64,000 bases of DNA from Polyangiaceae bacterium (GTDB lineage: Bacteria; Myxococcota_A; Polyangia; Polyangiales; Polyangiaceae), in NCBI GenBank assembly GCA_044376115.1, contig JBILLK010000007.1, positions 96,001-160,000 on the forward strand, written 5' to 3'. The notes under the pieces were generated by a model that saw nothing but the letters and a program-made list of their open reading frames with translations, was not told where the DNA came from and ran no database searches. Within the stretch, counting starts at the first letter, position 1. Each line of letters starts with the position of its first letter. Shown in pieces: positions 38,427 to 47,787 of this stretch. Both the position numbers and the translations under genes were made by a program.

Positions 38427-39544
38427 ATGCTGTTCACGAACGCTTGGTATGTCGTTGGAGAGGGGCGCTCGTTCGGCGCCGCGCCCGTCGCCGTGCGCGC
38501 GCTCGGGCAGGACGTGGTGCTGTTCCGGCGCAGCTCGGACGGGCGGCTCGTGGCGCTCTCCGATCGCTGCCCCCACCGAATGGCGAAGCTCTCCGAGGGG
38601 TGCGTCGACGGGACGCGCTCCGGTGCCCTTACCACCGGTGGGCCTTCGCAGCAGACGGCGGGTGTATCGACATCCCGTCGGACCCGCCCGGTACGCGCAT
38701 CCCGCCGCGGGCCCGCGTCGACAGCTACCCGGTCGAGGAGCGCTACGGCTGGGTGTGGGTGTACCTTGGCGACCGTGACGAGGCCGCACGGCCGCCCATC
38801 CCCTCGATTCCCGGCTACGGCGAGCCCAGCTGGCGCGCGGTGCGGGGCGAGTTCACCTGGCGCGCGCACTACACGCGCGTCGTCGAGAACGCGGTGGACA
38901 TCGCGCATACGCCGTTCCTGCATGCGCGCTCGTTCGGGAACCCCGAGGCGCCAGTGATGCCCGACCACAAGGTAATCGAGGACGAATGGACGATCTCGAT
39001 CGACGTCACGCTCCCGGGGCGGCTCAGTCGTCTACTGCTGCCGGCCGGCTTGAACAACGTGCGCCTCGGGGTGTGGCCGCCCTCGGTGAATTGGTTGGAC
39101 GCGACTTTCCCCAACGGCTGGCGGATGGTGCTTCTGCTCGCCAGCCTGCCCGTCGACGAGCACACGACCCGCTCCTTCTGGCTCCAACAGCGGACCTTCT
39201 TCCGCAACCCTTTCGCTGACCCGATCGCACGCGCGCTCTCCCTGCGGATCCTTCGGGAGGACCTCCGCACGGTCGAGAGCCAAGGTGGGTCGCCGGTACC
39301 GCTCTCGGGCGCCAGCGAGCTCTCCACGCGCTCCGACGCGCTCTCCCTCGCGTATCGGCGGCGGCTCGCGCAGCTCGCAGGCGAGCGGCTCGACGTCGCG
39401 ACAGCGGCGAAATGGGCCGCGGAGCGTCGGTATTCGGCGATTGCGTCGCCGGCGCGGCGCGAGCGGCCGGGCGTGTGGGTGCTGCCGGCCGTGCCCCGCG
39501 AGTCAGGGCCGGACGCCGAGGAGCGCGACGCAGGGCGCGGCTGA
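38427..39544 (+). pseudogene. Rieske non-heme iron oxygenase alpha subunit (VanA-like), split by a 1-nt frameshift (pseudogene or sequencing error)
   Basis: MLFTNAWYV...DRCPHR in one frame continues as LRCPYHRW...ENAVDIAHTPFLH...ILRED in another. The shift is at GAC-GGG-ACG, about 38607-38615. Confidence 0.8.
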
Positions 39545-39583
39545 ACTCCATGAGCGGCCGGAGCGCGCGCCAGCTTTATTGAT

Positions 39584-40192
39584 TCACAGACACGCGATTG
39601 GCACCTCGAGTGTCTCTGCATTCGGCGAGCGAATCCAGGTAAGGGTGATCCTGTCGGAGGGCGCGACCGAGGTGAGCTTGAAGGCGGCCCATTGTCGTGT
39701 GTTGCCGTCGATGGTGCGCACGACGTAGGTGTGATTCACGACCGCCTGGAGGTCGTCATGTTCTCCCCAATTGCCGGTGGGATAATCGGCAGCGTCGACC
39801 TCCGTTGGTACCGCATCCAGCGGCAATTCTCCTAGATCGACGATGAAGGACTCGTCGTCCGTTACGGTGTTCACGACGAGCATGTTGGAGGCATAGAGGA
39901 GGTCTCCGTCGTTGCGGACGATATCGCGATCATTGGTGCCAAACTCGAACGAGTAGAGGACGCGCCAATAGTCGTCCTCCGTCAGGTCCTCATCCCAGCT
40001 CTCCAGCGTGGCCTCTCCGGTCAAGAAGCGGCACGGGATCCCGTACGCATCGAGGCCCGCATCGCCGGGATTCTCTCCCGGCGAGCTTGGCGATTCTTCA
40101 TCGCTCGTGGAGCTTGCGCCGTCCTCGTCCACCTCAATGGTCGTTCCGCACCCTGCCAACCCCAGCACCAGCAACCATGTGATTTTTCGCAT
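39584..40192 (-). CDS. Acidic lipoprotein of unknown function
   Basis: Starts MRKITWLLVLGLAGC (lipobox LAGC) at 40192. Confidence 0.75.
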   Translation of the reverse strand: MRKITWLLVLGLAGCGTTIEVDEDGASSTSDEESPSSPGENPGDAGLDAYGIPCRFLTGEATLESWDEDLTEDDYWRVLYSFEFGTNDRDIVRNDGDLLYASNMLVVNTVTDDESFIVDLGELPLDAVPTEVDAADYPTGNWGEHDDLQAVVNHTYVVRTIDGNTRQWAAFKLTSVAPSDRITLTWIRSPNAETLEVPIACL

Positions 40193-40334
40193 GACACTCC
40201 TAAGTAAAACGGCGCTCGCGCCAAGCGCGACCGACGTGAAAGAAGCGTCACGATAGCCAGCGAGATTGCGTCCACCACCGCGCAGCACGATTGCGCCTGC
40301 GAGCGCGCCCTGTTCGCGCTGGGCTCCACCGATA

Positions 40335-40565
40335 CAGGCACTGACCTCCTGGACCGGATAGGACACGCTCGGCGATGCGACCCGGCGCGATGTGACAAGG
40401 GAGATCGCACAGGCGCTCTGCGTCGACTACGAGACGGCGGGCCTCGTTGGCACGCGCAAGATGGGCTGCGTCAACCACGTCCCCACCGGCTACGAGTTCC
40501 TTCTCATGCCCGGCGGTTTTCCTTCGCCATGGGAATCACGGAGGCGGAGGAGGATCGAATTCTCG
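40335..40565 (+). pseudogene. Decayed 5' copy of the FGE-like gene at 20481
   Basis: Near-identical to about 20493-20721 (e.g. gcgcaagatgggctgcgtcaa.cacgtccccaccggctacgagttccttctcatgcc). Has TGG->TAG at 40359-40361 and a 2-nt insertion near 40517. Confidence 0.85.
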
Positions 40566-40941
40566 CTCCTTTGTGCCCGCGGAGCGGCGCTCCGCGATGA
40601 AACCCAATAAACCCAAAGGCGCATAGACGAAGGCGAACCCACCGAGGACCACGATGATGGTCACGAGCAGGTCCAGGATGCTGTTGAGCACGGGGACGTC
40701 GACGTAGAACCGAGGCTCGACCTTGTTGGTGCGGTTGCCGTTCGTGCATATGCACCCCTTCACCGAAGGCCCTCGCCCCCGCGCAAGCTCCTCGTGGCGT
40801 AGAGAAAGTGCCTTGCACTCGCGCTCGCAGACCGTACAACGCGTCCTGCGCTTTGGACACGAGGAAGATGTAGGCGTACGTCGGCACCCCAAGCATAATG
40901 AAGACCATCGCCATGAAGAGCAGCTTCCGGGCGGTGTTCAT
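40536..40941 (-). pseudogene. Small two-TM membrane protein with a Cys-containing loop, frameshifted near 40830
   Basis: MNTARKLLFMAMVFIMLGVPTYAYIFLV...ALYG continues in another frame as CERECK...CICTNG...ILDLLVTIIVVLGGFAFVY. Confidence 0.5.
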
Positions 40942-41479
40942 TTTGGGAAGGTCTCGGTGTGCGACTTCGTCATGAGTGGCTCGCAGCCAAGCTTTGCGTG
41001 CGCTTACGCCAGCGCTCGGCCCGAGGCAAGGCGCTGCGCCTCAACCTGAACTACTCGATCAAAGTTCCACTCGAGTGGATCGGGCCTCACGACATCCTCG
41101 AGCACCTCGTAGCCTAGGTCGGCTCTGCGAGCAGATGTTTCCGGCCGGCGCGAATGACAAAAGCGCGTGAGGCGGGGCTCAGTGTGGATTGGTCGATGTG
41201 AGGGCATACGCGTGATCGGAGAGCGCCCTCGCGAACGCTTGCGGTCCGGTGAAAGACGACGTGAGCGCCATCGCGTGAAGCTCCCGCGCAGCCGCGATCG
41301 ACGCCGGAACCGATTCGATCGCATGCGCCAGGAACAGGCGGACCACGGCAGCGAACCTCGCCCGCAAGGCCTCGGCTGCTTCGCTGATGGCGGCGGCGGG
41401 CCGCTTCCGGCGGAAGGCGAGGAGTGCTCGATCGGCCTACCGAATTGAGCTGCCGCTCGCCCTACACCGAAGGCGCTGA

Positions 41480-43108
41480 TCACTTCACGCGTCCGCCCAG
41501 GATGTTGATCAGCGCCTGAAGCACCTCGTGGTGCCGCTCGCCGGTGCTGTGTCCGCCCTTGGTCTCGGCCAATAAGGCGAGTCCGGCGGAGATCTCGCCG
41601 CTCGCGAACGCAAGTCGCGCAAACTTCGCTGTCATGCGCTCGGAGAGGCGACCGCTCGTGTTGCGGCGCAAGGACTCTGCCGTCTCCCATTCACCGATCG
41701 AGGCCATCGCGCTCGCAAAGTCCTCCAACTTGAGTAGACGGAACTCGTCGTGGCGCGTGGCCCGTGCCTGCTCGACGAACGCGCCAAACTCTTGCTTGGC
41801 AATTTCGAGATGAGGCGCGCTGCGCCGGAACGCCGCGAACAGGCTGCCCCAATCGCCGCACGAGGTGTTCTCCGGTTTGACGAGACGCTCAAACGCCTGC
41901 TGCCAGAGCGGGTCGCTGGGCTCGAGCGACTCGAGCAGCGAGCGGGCGACATCGTTCTCAAGCAGGCCACCCTGGAACTTCTCCAGGGCCTCTCGGGCGC
42001 CTGCGCAACCCACATTGATTGCGCGCCCGAGCGTGACCGCGTGCTTCTCGCGGAAGCTGCTCGAGGTCCAAACGCGGCGGCTCAGCAGCTGCTCGGAGGT
42101 GAGCGAGATCGCCAGCTCGCCGGCCGCGCGTGGACTGTAGAGCGACCAGAGTGGCAGCAAATCCAGCACCACGAATTCGTGTTGCTCCGCCTTCATCGCG
42201 GCAGCGACCTCCGGCTCCATCAGCGCGTTCACGCCCGCGTCGCCCTCTGCAGCGAATACGATGCCCAAGAGCTTTTCGCTGTCGCGACTCACGAGCTTGA
42301 GCAGTTGCCACCCTCGACGTGCTCGCTCCGGCGTCGTGGCCCACGCTTCGACGCAGGCGAGCACTACGACCGAACTCGAATCAAGCGCCGGAGCCCAGGC
42401 TTCCAAGGTAGCGACGTCACCACGTTCGAGCAGAACTTGTATGGCCTCTCGGGTATCGGCCCTCCCTTGCTGGAGCAGTTCGAGCGCGGCGGCCAGCTCT
42501 CCGCTCAGCGTCAGTGCTGCGACGGCTTCGGTGTGCTGTTCGAGGTTTGCTGGAAACGCACGGTCGGAAGCTCCGAGCAGTCGCTCGGTCGCGATGACCC
42601 ACAGCTCGATGGACGTCCGGACCGATGCGTACTCCACGTCGTTGAGCCAGCGCTTCGCCTTCTCCAGCGCGTCCGTGGCAAGCGCGGTCTGACCTGCTCG
42701 AGCCAGGTGCGCGGCCACGTGCGCGACGTTCTTCGCGGCCTCGTAGTCCGACGCCTGAATGCTGTTGAGCGCTGCAGCGGCCAGCTCGAATTGACCCAAC
42801 GCGATGTGGAAAATGCTCAGCTCAGCGAGAGCTTCCGCTGCGCTGGTACCAGAGCCGGGAAGGATCTTCGCGGCGTAGGCGGCTACGTCGGCGATGGTGT
42901 GGGTGTTGGGCACGAGCCACTTGGGACGCTTGCTCGACCTTGCCGCGGCAGCCTTCGGTGCGGCAGCCTTCGGTGCGGCAGCCTTCGGTGCGGCAGCCTT
43001 CGGTGCGGCAGCCTTCGGTGCGGCAGCCGCCTTCGTACGTTCGCGCTTCGCGGGGGTTGACTTCGTGGGCGCAGACTGGTCGGACTCGGTGGCTTTTTGC
43101 TTGCTCAT
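41480..43108 (-). CDS. Hypothetical alpha-helical (TPR-like) protein with an N-terminal Lys/Ala/Pro-rich histone-like repeat
   Basis: Start MSKQKATES at 43108, then (KAAAP)n, then helical repeats. Confidence 0.65.
   Translation of the reverse strand: MSKQKATESDQSAPTKSTPAKRERTKAAAAPKAAAPKAAAPKAAAPKAAAPKAAAARSSKRPKWLVPNTHTIADVAAYAAKILPGSGTSAAEALAELSIFHIALGQFELAAAALNSIQASDYEAAKNVAHVAAHLARAGQTALATDALEKAKRWLNDVEYASVRTSIELWVIATERLLGASDRAFPANLEQHTEAVAALTLSGELAAALELLQQGRADTREAIQVLLERGDVATLEAWAPALDSSSVVVLACVEAWATTPERARRGWQLLKLVSRDSEKLLGIVFAAEGDAGVNALMEPEVAAAMKAEQHEFVVLDLLPLWSLYSPRAAGELAISLTSEQLLSRRVWTSSSFREKHAVTLGRAINVGCAGAREALEKFQGGLLENDVARSLLESLEPSDPLWQQAFERLVKPENTSCGDWGSLFAAFRRSAPHLEIAKQEFGAFVEQARATRHDEFRLLKLEDFASAMASIGEWETAESLRRNTSGRLSERMTAKFARLAFASGEISAGLALLAETKGGHSTGERHHEVLQALINILGGRVK
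42945..43028. repeat. Perfect 15-bp coding tandem repeat (GCGGCAGCCTTCGGT x5 plus a partial copy), encoding AAPKA units
   Basis: Read directly from the sequence. Confidence 0.95.
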
Positions 43109-43213
43109 GGCAGAACCTCGTTCGGGGCTACCGGCGTCCCCATGGCCGGCCCAGCCGGCAGGTTGTGTAAGCCAAGGACGCTGGGCGACGCATAGTGTCG
43201 CAACGATCCTTTC

Positions 43214-43305
43214 GATCGGCCTTCGAATTGGTGGTTTTGTGGATTTCGGTCGCCTATCGGTGGGCGATGGGCGGTGTTTTTCAACAATCCATCCAGTTCG
43301 ACGGC
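43214..43305 (+). repeat. 92-bp dispersed non-coding repeat, copy B
   Basis: 81/92 identity to 21716-21807, same orientation. Lies in the divergent intergenic region upstream of the GST gene. Confidence 0.85.
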
Positions 43306-43410
43306 GGATCCTCGGCGCGGTCCACGCCACCGAGGGCCCACCCTCGGTGCGGTCCACGAAGTGGTCACGCGCCCTTGCGTGCTACACAGCCTTCACGAAA
43401 GGGACTCACC

Positions 43411-44016
43411 ATGAAGCTACATCACCAACCGATGACCCGTTCCTCGCGCGTTCGCTGGCTGCTTGCCGAGCTCGACGTGCCCCACGAGGTCGCGCACGTG
43501 GACATATTCATGGGCGAGGGGAGGAAGCCCGAGTACCGCCAGCTCAACCCGCATGGCTATGTCCCGGCGCTCGAGGTCGATGGGCAGGTCATCCTCGAGT
43601 CCTCGGCCATCTGTATGTTCCTCGCCGACCGTCACCTCGACAAGGGCTTCGCGCCCGCGCACGACAGCCCGCTGCGAGCAAAGTACTACCAGTGGATGGT
43701 TTACGTCCCTGCGACCTGCGACCCGGTGGTCGAGGCGATCATGTTTCATACGCGCTTTTTGCCCGAGGAGAAGCGACTGCCGGCGCTGGTCGAGAGCTCG
43801 AAGAAGAAGTGGCGCGTGTGCGAGCGGGTGCTCGCCGAAGGGCTCGGCGACAAGCCGTGGATCTTGGGGGACGCGTTCAGCGCAGCGGACGTCGTCGTTG
43901 CGAGCTCGCTCGCCTGGGCACGTTTCGCCGACGTCCTCAGCGAAGATCCGAGGCTAAGGTCCTATCTCGAACGAGCGTGTATGCGGCCGGGCTTCACAGC
44001 GGGTCATAGCGGCTGA
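43411..44016 (+). CDS. Glutathione S-transferase family protein
   Basis: Contains MKLHH...RSSRVRWLLAEL, NPHGYVPAL, ILESSAI and FSAADV. Confidence 0.93.
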   Translation: MKLHHQPMTRSSRVRWLLAELDVPHEVAHVDIFMGEGRKPEYRQLNPHGYVPALEVDGQVILESSAICMFLADRHLDKGFAPAHDSPLRAKYYQWMVYVPATCDPVVEAIMFHTRFLPEEKRLPALVESSKKKWRVCERVLAEGLGDKPWILGDAFSAADVVVASSLAWARFADVLSEDPRLRSYLERACMRPGFTAGHSG

Positions 44017-44065
44017 GGACGCACGTCGTGCCTTGGGTGCGGCCCAGGCCCTCGGCCCCCATCGC

Positions 44066-45784
44066 TCACTCGCAGGACTTCGGCGCGCGCGGGGCCTTTT
44101 GAAACACGTAGCCAGGCGCGCTGCGGCCTTGTGGAAGAAAGCGTCGCTTCAAGATCTCTGCTCCGCGCGTGAAACGGCCTTCCACGGCGACGTCAGGCAC
44201 GCCGGGGCGGTAGTCGAGCGCGCCGACGACATCCCCGATGCTGAGCCCGGCGCGCTCGGCGTTGGAGTTGGCTTTCACGGTGCGCACCGTCTGGGTACCG
44301 GCGGCGTCTTTGCTGAGTTCGAACCCGAGCTCGAACTCGGCGAGCGTGCGCTTCGTCAGTTGATGGCACGGCGCGAGCAAGGTCTTCTCGGGGATGAACG
44401 TACCGGAGCGCAAGCCGTCCGCGAACGTGGTGGCGGTCTTTGCGGTCGTGGTAGCTGCGAGCGTGGCAAAGAAAACGTCCAGCGCGAGCGTGTCCGTCTG
44501 CTCGTTCTTGGCGGCCTCGAGCAGCTTGTGCGTCGTCCTCTTGAACGCATCGGCGCCGAGGGAAAGCCCCAGCAGCGCCCCGCGTACGGCGAGTTGCCGG
44601 CGCGCCTCCTCCTGCGTCGCGGCGTCCGGGCTTGCCGCTTGGATCGCGAGTTCCTCGTGGGAAGCGCCGTGGAGCGGCGAGAGCGCGTCGCTCGCGAGCA
44701 GTCCGTTCACGTCGTGCGCGAGATCGTTCGCTGAGACGAAGCCCTGCTCGTTCAGGACGAAGAGCGCCGCCGCCCGGCTCATTCCTTCGCTGAACCAGAG
44801 CCCGCGCAGCTCCTCGGCTGGGGCGCGGCTCCCGATCCACAAGGCGCCGCCCAACGTACGCTGAGCCCAGAGTTGCGCGACGCGAATCCGCGCCTGAGGC
44901 GTCCAGGGCGCAGACACGTCGGCGGAGATCAGGGCGCCGCGCGTTCTCCGGACGATCGCGTACGGTTCGCTCGGGTGGGTGCCCGAGAGCATGATCAGCC
45001 CAACGCTCGCGTCCTCGGGGCTACGCCGCAGATCGAAGAAGCGATCGAGGCTCGAGCGAAAGGACGCAGACTCCGCCGCGATCCAGCGCGGATCAAACGA
45101 TACGTAGCCGAGCGACGCAGCGTGATCGTTGCCTTCGGCGCCACGAAACTCCGCGCTGGTCAGGTTGCCGAAGACATAGGCCGCGTGCCGTAGATCCTCC
45201 ACTCGCCGCGTTGCGACGATGACGTCGTCGAGCCCAAGCGACGAGGCCGCTTGCTTGTGAAAGGAAACATCGGGCGCGAGCTCGAGACGCAGCGCGATGG
45301 CTTCCGGTTGTATGGGCAGCGCCAGGACCTGCTCTCCGCAGAAGTGCGCAAAGTCCGCGTCGACCGCGAAGCGACAGGGCGTGCGATCCGGCTCATCACT
45401 TTGTTTGGGTCGCACGCTGTACGCGAGCTCGACCGGCGGCTCGAGCGGACCGTCGGCGCTGATCGAGAGCGACGCGCCCAGCTGCGACGTCTTCACCTTC
45501 ACGGCTCCGCGAGCACCTCGGAGCACCAGGTCGCTGATCTCGCTGCGCTTCGAATCCTCGAGCAACCACTCGCGCGGTACTTCGCTCCGCGATGAGACGC
45601 GAACCTCGACCGAGCCGGCCTTCGGCTGCGGGGTGATCGTGACCGTGAGTTCGGCTTCCGCGCCGGGCGCGACGGCCTGCGCGACGACGTTCGGTGTTCC
45701 GCGGTCGACCTCGGGCGCGGCCGCGAAGGGAGCCGAGACGGCGGTGCAGCTTGGAAGAAGGAAGAGTCCGAGCATTCGCTTCAT
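44066..45784 (-). CDS. M61-aminopeptidase-like lipoprotein with a C-terminal PDZ domain; zinc motif degenerate
   Basis: Lipobox-like LLPSC, LWFSEGMS, LAVRGALLGL and the PDZ segment VKANSNAERAGLSIGDVV. The HExxH position reads AQLWAQ. Confidence 0.6.
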   Translation of the reverse strand: MKRMLGLFLLPSCTAVSAPFAAAPEVDRGTPNVVAQAVAPGAEAELTVTITPQPKAGSVEVRVSSRSEVPREWLLEDSKRSEISDLVLRGARGAVKVKTSQLGASLSISADGPLEPPVELAYSVRPKQSDEPDRTPCRFAVDADFAHFCGEQVLALPIQPEAIALRLELAPDVSFHKQAASSLGLDDVIVATRRVEDLRHAAYVFGNLTSAEFRGAEGNDHAASLGYVSFDPRWIAAESASFRSSLDRFFDLRRSPEDASVGLIMLSGTHPSEPYAIVRRTRGALISADVSAPWTPQARIRVAQLWAQRTLGGALWIGSRAPAEELRGLWFSEGMSRAAALFVLNEQGFVSANDLAHDVNGLLASDALSPLHGASHEELAIQAASPDAATQEEARRQLAVRGALLGLSLGADAFKRTTHKLLEAAKNEQTDTLALDVFFATLAATTTAKTATTFADGLRSGTFIPEKTLLAPCHQLTKRTLAEFELGFELSKDAAGTQTVRTVKANSNAERAGLSIGDVVGALDYRPGVPDVAVEGRFTRGAEILKRRFLPQGRSAPGYVFQKAPRAPKSCE

Positions 45785-45936
45785 CCATCCCAGGCTAGGA
45801 CTCCTTCGTCACGCGACCTGCTGCGTCAGGTCATGGGAATGTCACGGCTCGCGGTGAACCTTCTATTCAAAGGTCCTCGAGTACGAGCGCTAGTTCGTGC
45901 GTTTCCGCGCTAGGCTCCCGTCGCGAGGAAGACGAG

Positions 45937-46929
45937 ATGGCAAGCTCGAAGCTGGATGGGTGGGTCGCGACGATGCTTGACGGTTGCAGGCCGGGCGCCG
46001 TCCCGAAGGTTACCGCTCCAGAAGACCAGCTCGTCGAGGCAATCGCGTTCTTCGATGGGCGCCGCAGCATGATCTTTGGGATGGAGGCGACGGTCGCTCG
46101 GCTGGAGGATGCGCCTGGTCTGCGTGCTCGCGCGGTCGATGCGCTGCGCGCGTTCTTCGACGCTGAGTGCGCGGCGGGCAACCTTCGCGGCTGTGACGTG
46201 CTGCTCGATCGCGCGCGGCGAAAAGGCGTGGCGCTCGATTTCGAACTCCCTGCGGCGCTTTGGGCACACGCGGAGGCCGAACGCAGGCGTCGGCGCGAGC
46301 TCGCCGCGCTGCCTTCCCCGCTCGCGACGCTGGACGCAGTCGTCCCGGGTCTCCGCGCGGAGGTCCGTGAGCTCAGCGGCGACTTGAACGTTGGCTATCT
46401 CCGCACGCATGGGCGACTCCTCACGCACCCGCACGACGTGGCGCTGACGGACTTTGCGTGGGTCGACTGGCACGAAGAGGACGACTGGTTGGGTTGGCCC
46501 GAGGCGAACACAGATCCGCTGATCTTCCCGCTGGGCCAGGGCGGCGGTGCCGTCCTCGGACTGCTCCTCGACGCGCGGAGCCCGAACCGTACGCCGGCGG
46601 TCGTTTGCGAGACGGCGGACCGCTGCGTCTGGATCGCGCAGGCACTCTCGTCGCTCGACGACATGGTGGATGCCGCGGTCCGTAACAAGGGCAAGCGCCG
46701 CGCGCCGTTGGTCGAGGCCGCGCGCGGCGCGCCAGGTGAGCACGTCGAGGAGGTGCTTTCGCCGGCCCGGCGCGCGGCGCGCATCGCCGCAGGGCGAGAG
46801 GTGGTCGCCGCGGAGACCGATGCGGGGCGCGACGCAGCGCTCGAGCAGTTGCTCGCGAGTTTTCCCGAGGTAAGCCCAGCGCTGGCCCGCACGAGCCTCC
46901 GAGCGCGCTGGCTGCGCGCAGCGCGCTGA
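45937..46929 (+). CDS. Hypothetical protein (possibly SUKH-like immunity)
   Basis: 330-aa ORF. IFPLGQGGGAVLGLLLD...PAVV...WIAQALSSL loosely resembles the SUKH core. Confidence 0.5.
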   Translation: MASSKLDGWVATMLDGCRPGAVPKVTAPEDQLVEAIAFFDGRRSMIFGMEATVARLEDAPGLRARAVDALRAFFDAECAAGNLRGCDVLLDRARRKGVALDFELPAALWAHAEAERRRRRELAALPSPLATLDAVVPGLRAEVRELSGDLNVGYLRTHGRLLTHPHDVALTDFAWVDWHEEDDWLGWPEANTDPLIFPLGQGGGAVLGLLLDARSPNRTPAVVCETADRCVWIAQALSSLDDMVDAAVRNKGKRRAPLVEAARGAPGEHVEEVLSPARRAARIAAGREVVAAETDAGRDAALEQLLASFPEVSPALARTSLRARWLRAAR

Positions 46930-46960
46930 GCGTCGACGACGTCAGGTTACGCTTGCCCGA

Positions 46961-47662
46961 TCAGTCGCCCCAATCGACGCCGACGCGCTCGAGCGTCTGC
47001 GCGAGCGGGGCAGGGTCGGGCTCGGACACCCGCCCGCTGGCGAGCCACTCGGGGGGCACGGTCAGGAGCACGGCCTTCTCCTCGGCCGTCAGAGTGCGCC
47101 GCGCGTTCACGAGATCGCGCGCGACCTGAGCGCAGACCTCGACCTGCTCGGGCAGCAGCGAGTGAACCTCTGCGTCGAACTGCCCGTCGAGAATCCCGCA
47201 CCAGTCGTGCGTGTCCGACGCGTCCTGCGTGGTCACGAGCAGCGGCCCACCTTCGAGCGCGTAGAAGCCCGCCGTCGTGAGGTTGCGCAGGCGCTGCGCG
47301 AGCCGCGTCGCGAGCGGGAGCAGAGCTTCGGGTAGCGTGTCGAACCACTGCAGCGGTCGATAGTCCTCCGGGTCGATCTCGCCTCCTGCAGCCTCGCTGT
47401 TCGCACTCTCGTGGTCGAACACGAGCCCGACGACGCCGACTGGTTCCCACCCGACCAGCATGCTCATGCCGCAGTCGTCAGCGTAGGCGAGCGCCCCTTC
47501 GCTGGGCCACGGCCAGAGGCCCTGCTTCGCGAAAAGCACCCCGCGTTTGGGACCTCCGTCTGGGAAGGCGAGGGCCGAGTAGTACTCGGACAGGCTCACG
47601 ATGAGATGGAGCGTCAGCATCTGGACCCGGAGCTCGAGGCGAGAGACGGTGGTCGAGATCAT
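46961..47662 (-). CDS. Hypothetical acidic protein
   Basis: 233-aa ORF (start may be the ATG at 47620) with YADDCG...W...GVVGLVFDHES. Confidence 0.55.
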   Translation of the reverse strand: MISTTVSRLELRVQMLTLHLIVSLSEYYSALAFPDGGPKRGVLFAKQGLWPWPSEGALAYADDCGMSMLVGWEPVGVVGLVFDHESANSEAAGGEIDPEDYRPLQWFDTLPEALLPLATRLAQRLRNLTTAGFYALEGGPLLVTTQDASDTHDWCGILDGQFDAEVHSLLPEQVEVCAQVARDLVNARRTLTAEEKAVLLTVPPEWLASGRVSEPDPAPLAQTLERVGVDWGD

Positions 47663-47787
47663 CGCCGATTCCTACCATGTGGGGTGCAAGCTCCGCGACC
47701 GCTGTCGAGCGTACGTGGCCGATCTCCCGGTGGTCCGAAGCAGCTTGTTCGCGAAGCGGCTGCACCGGCTAGACTCGGATCGCAACA

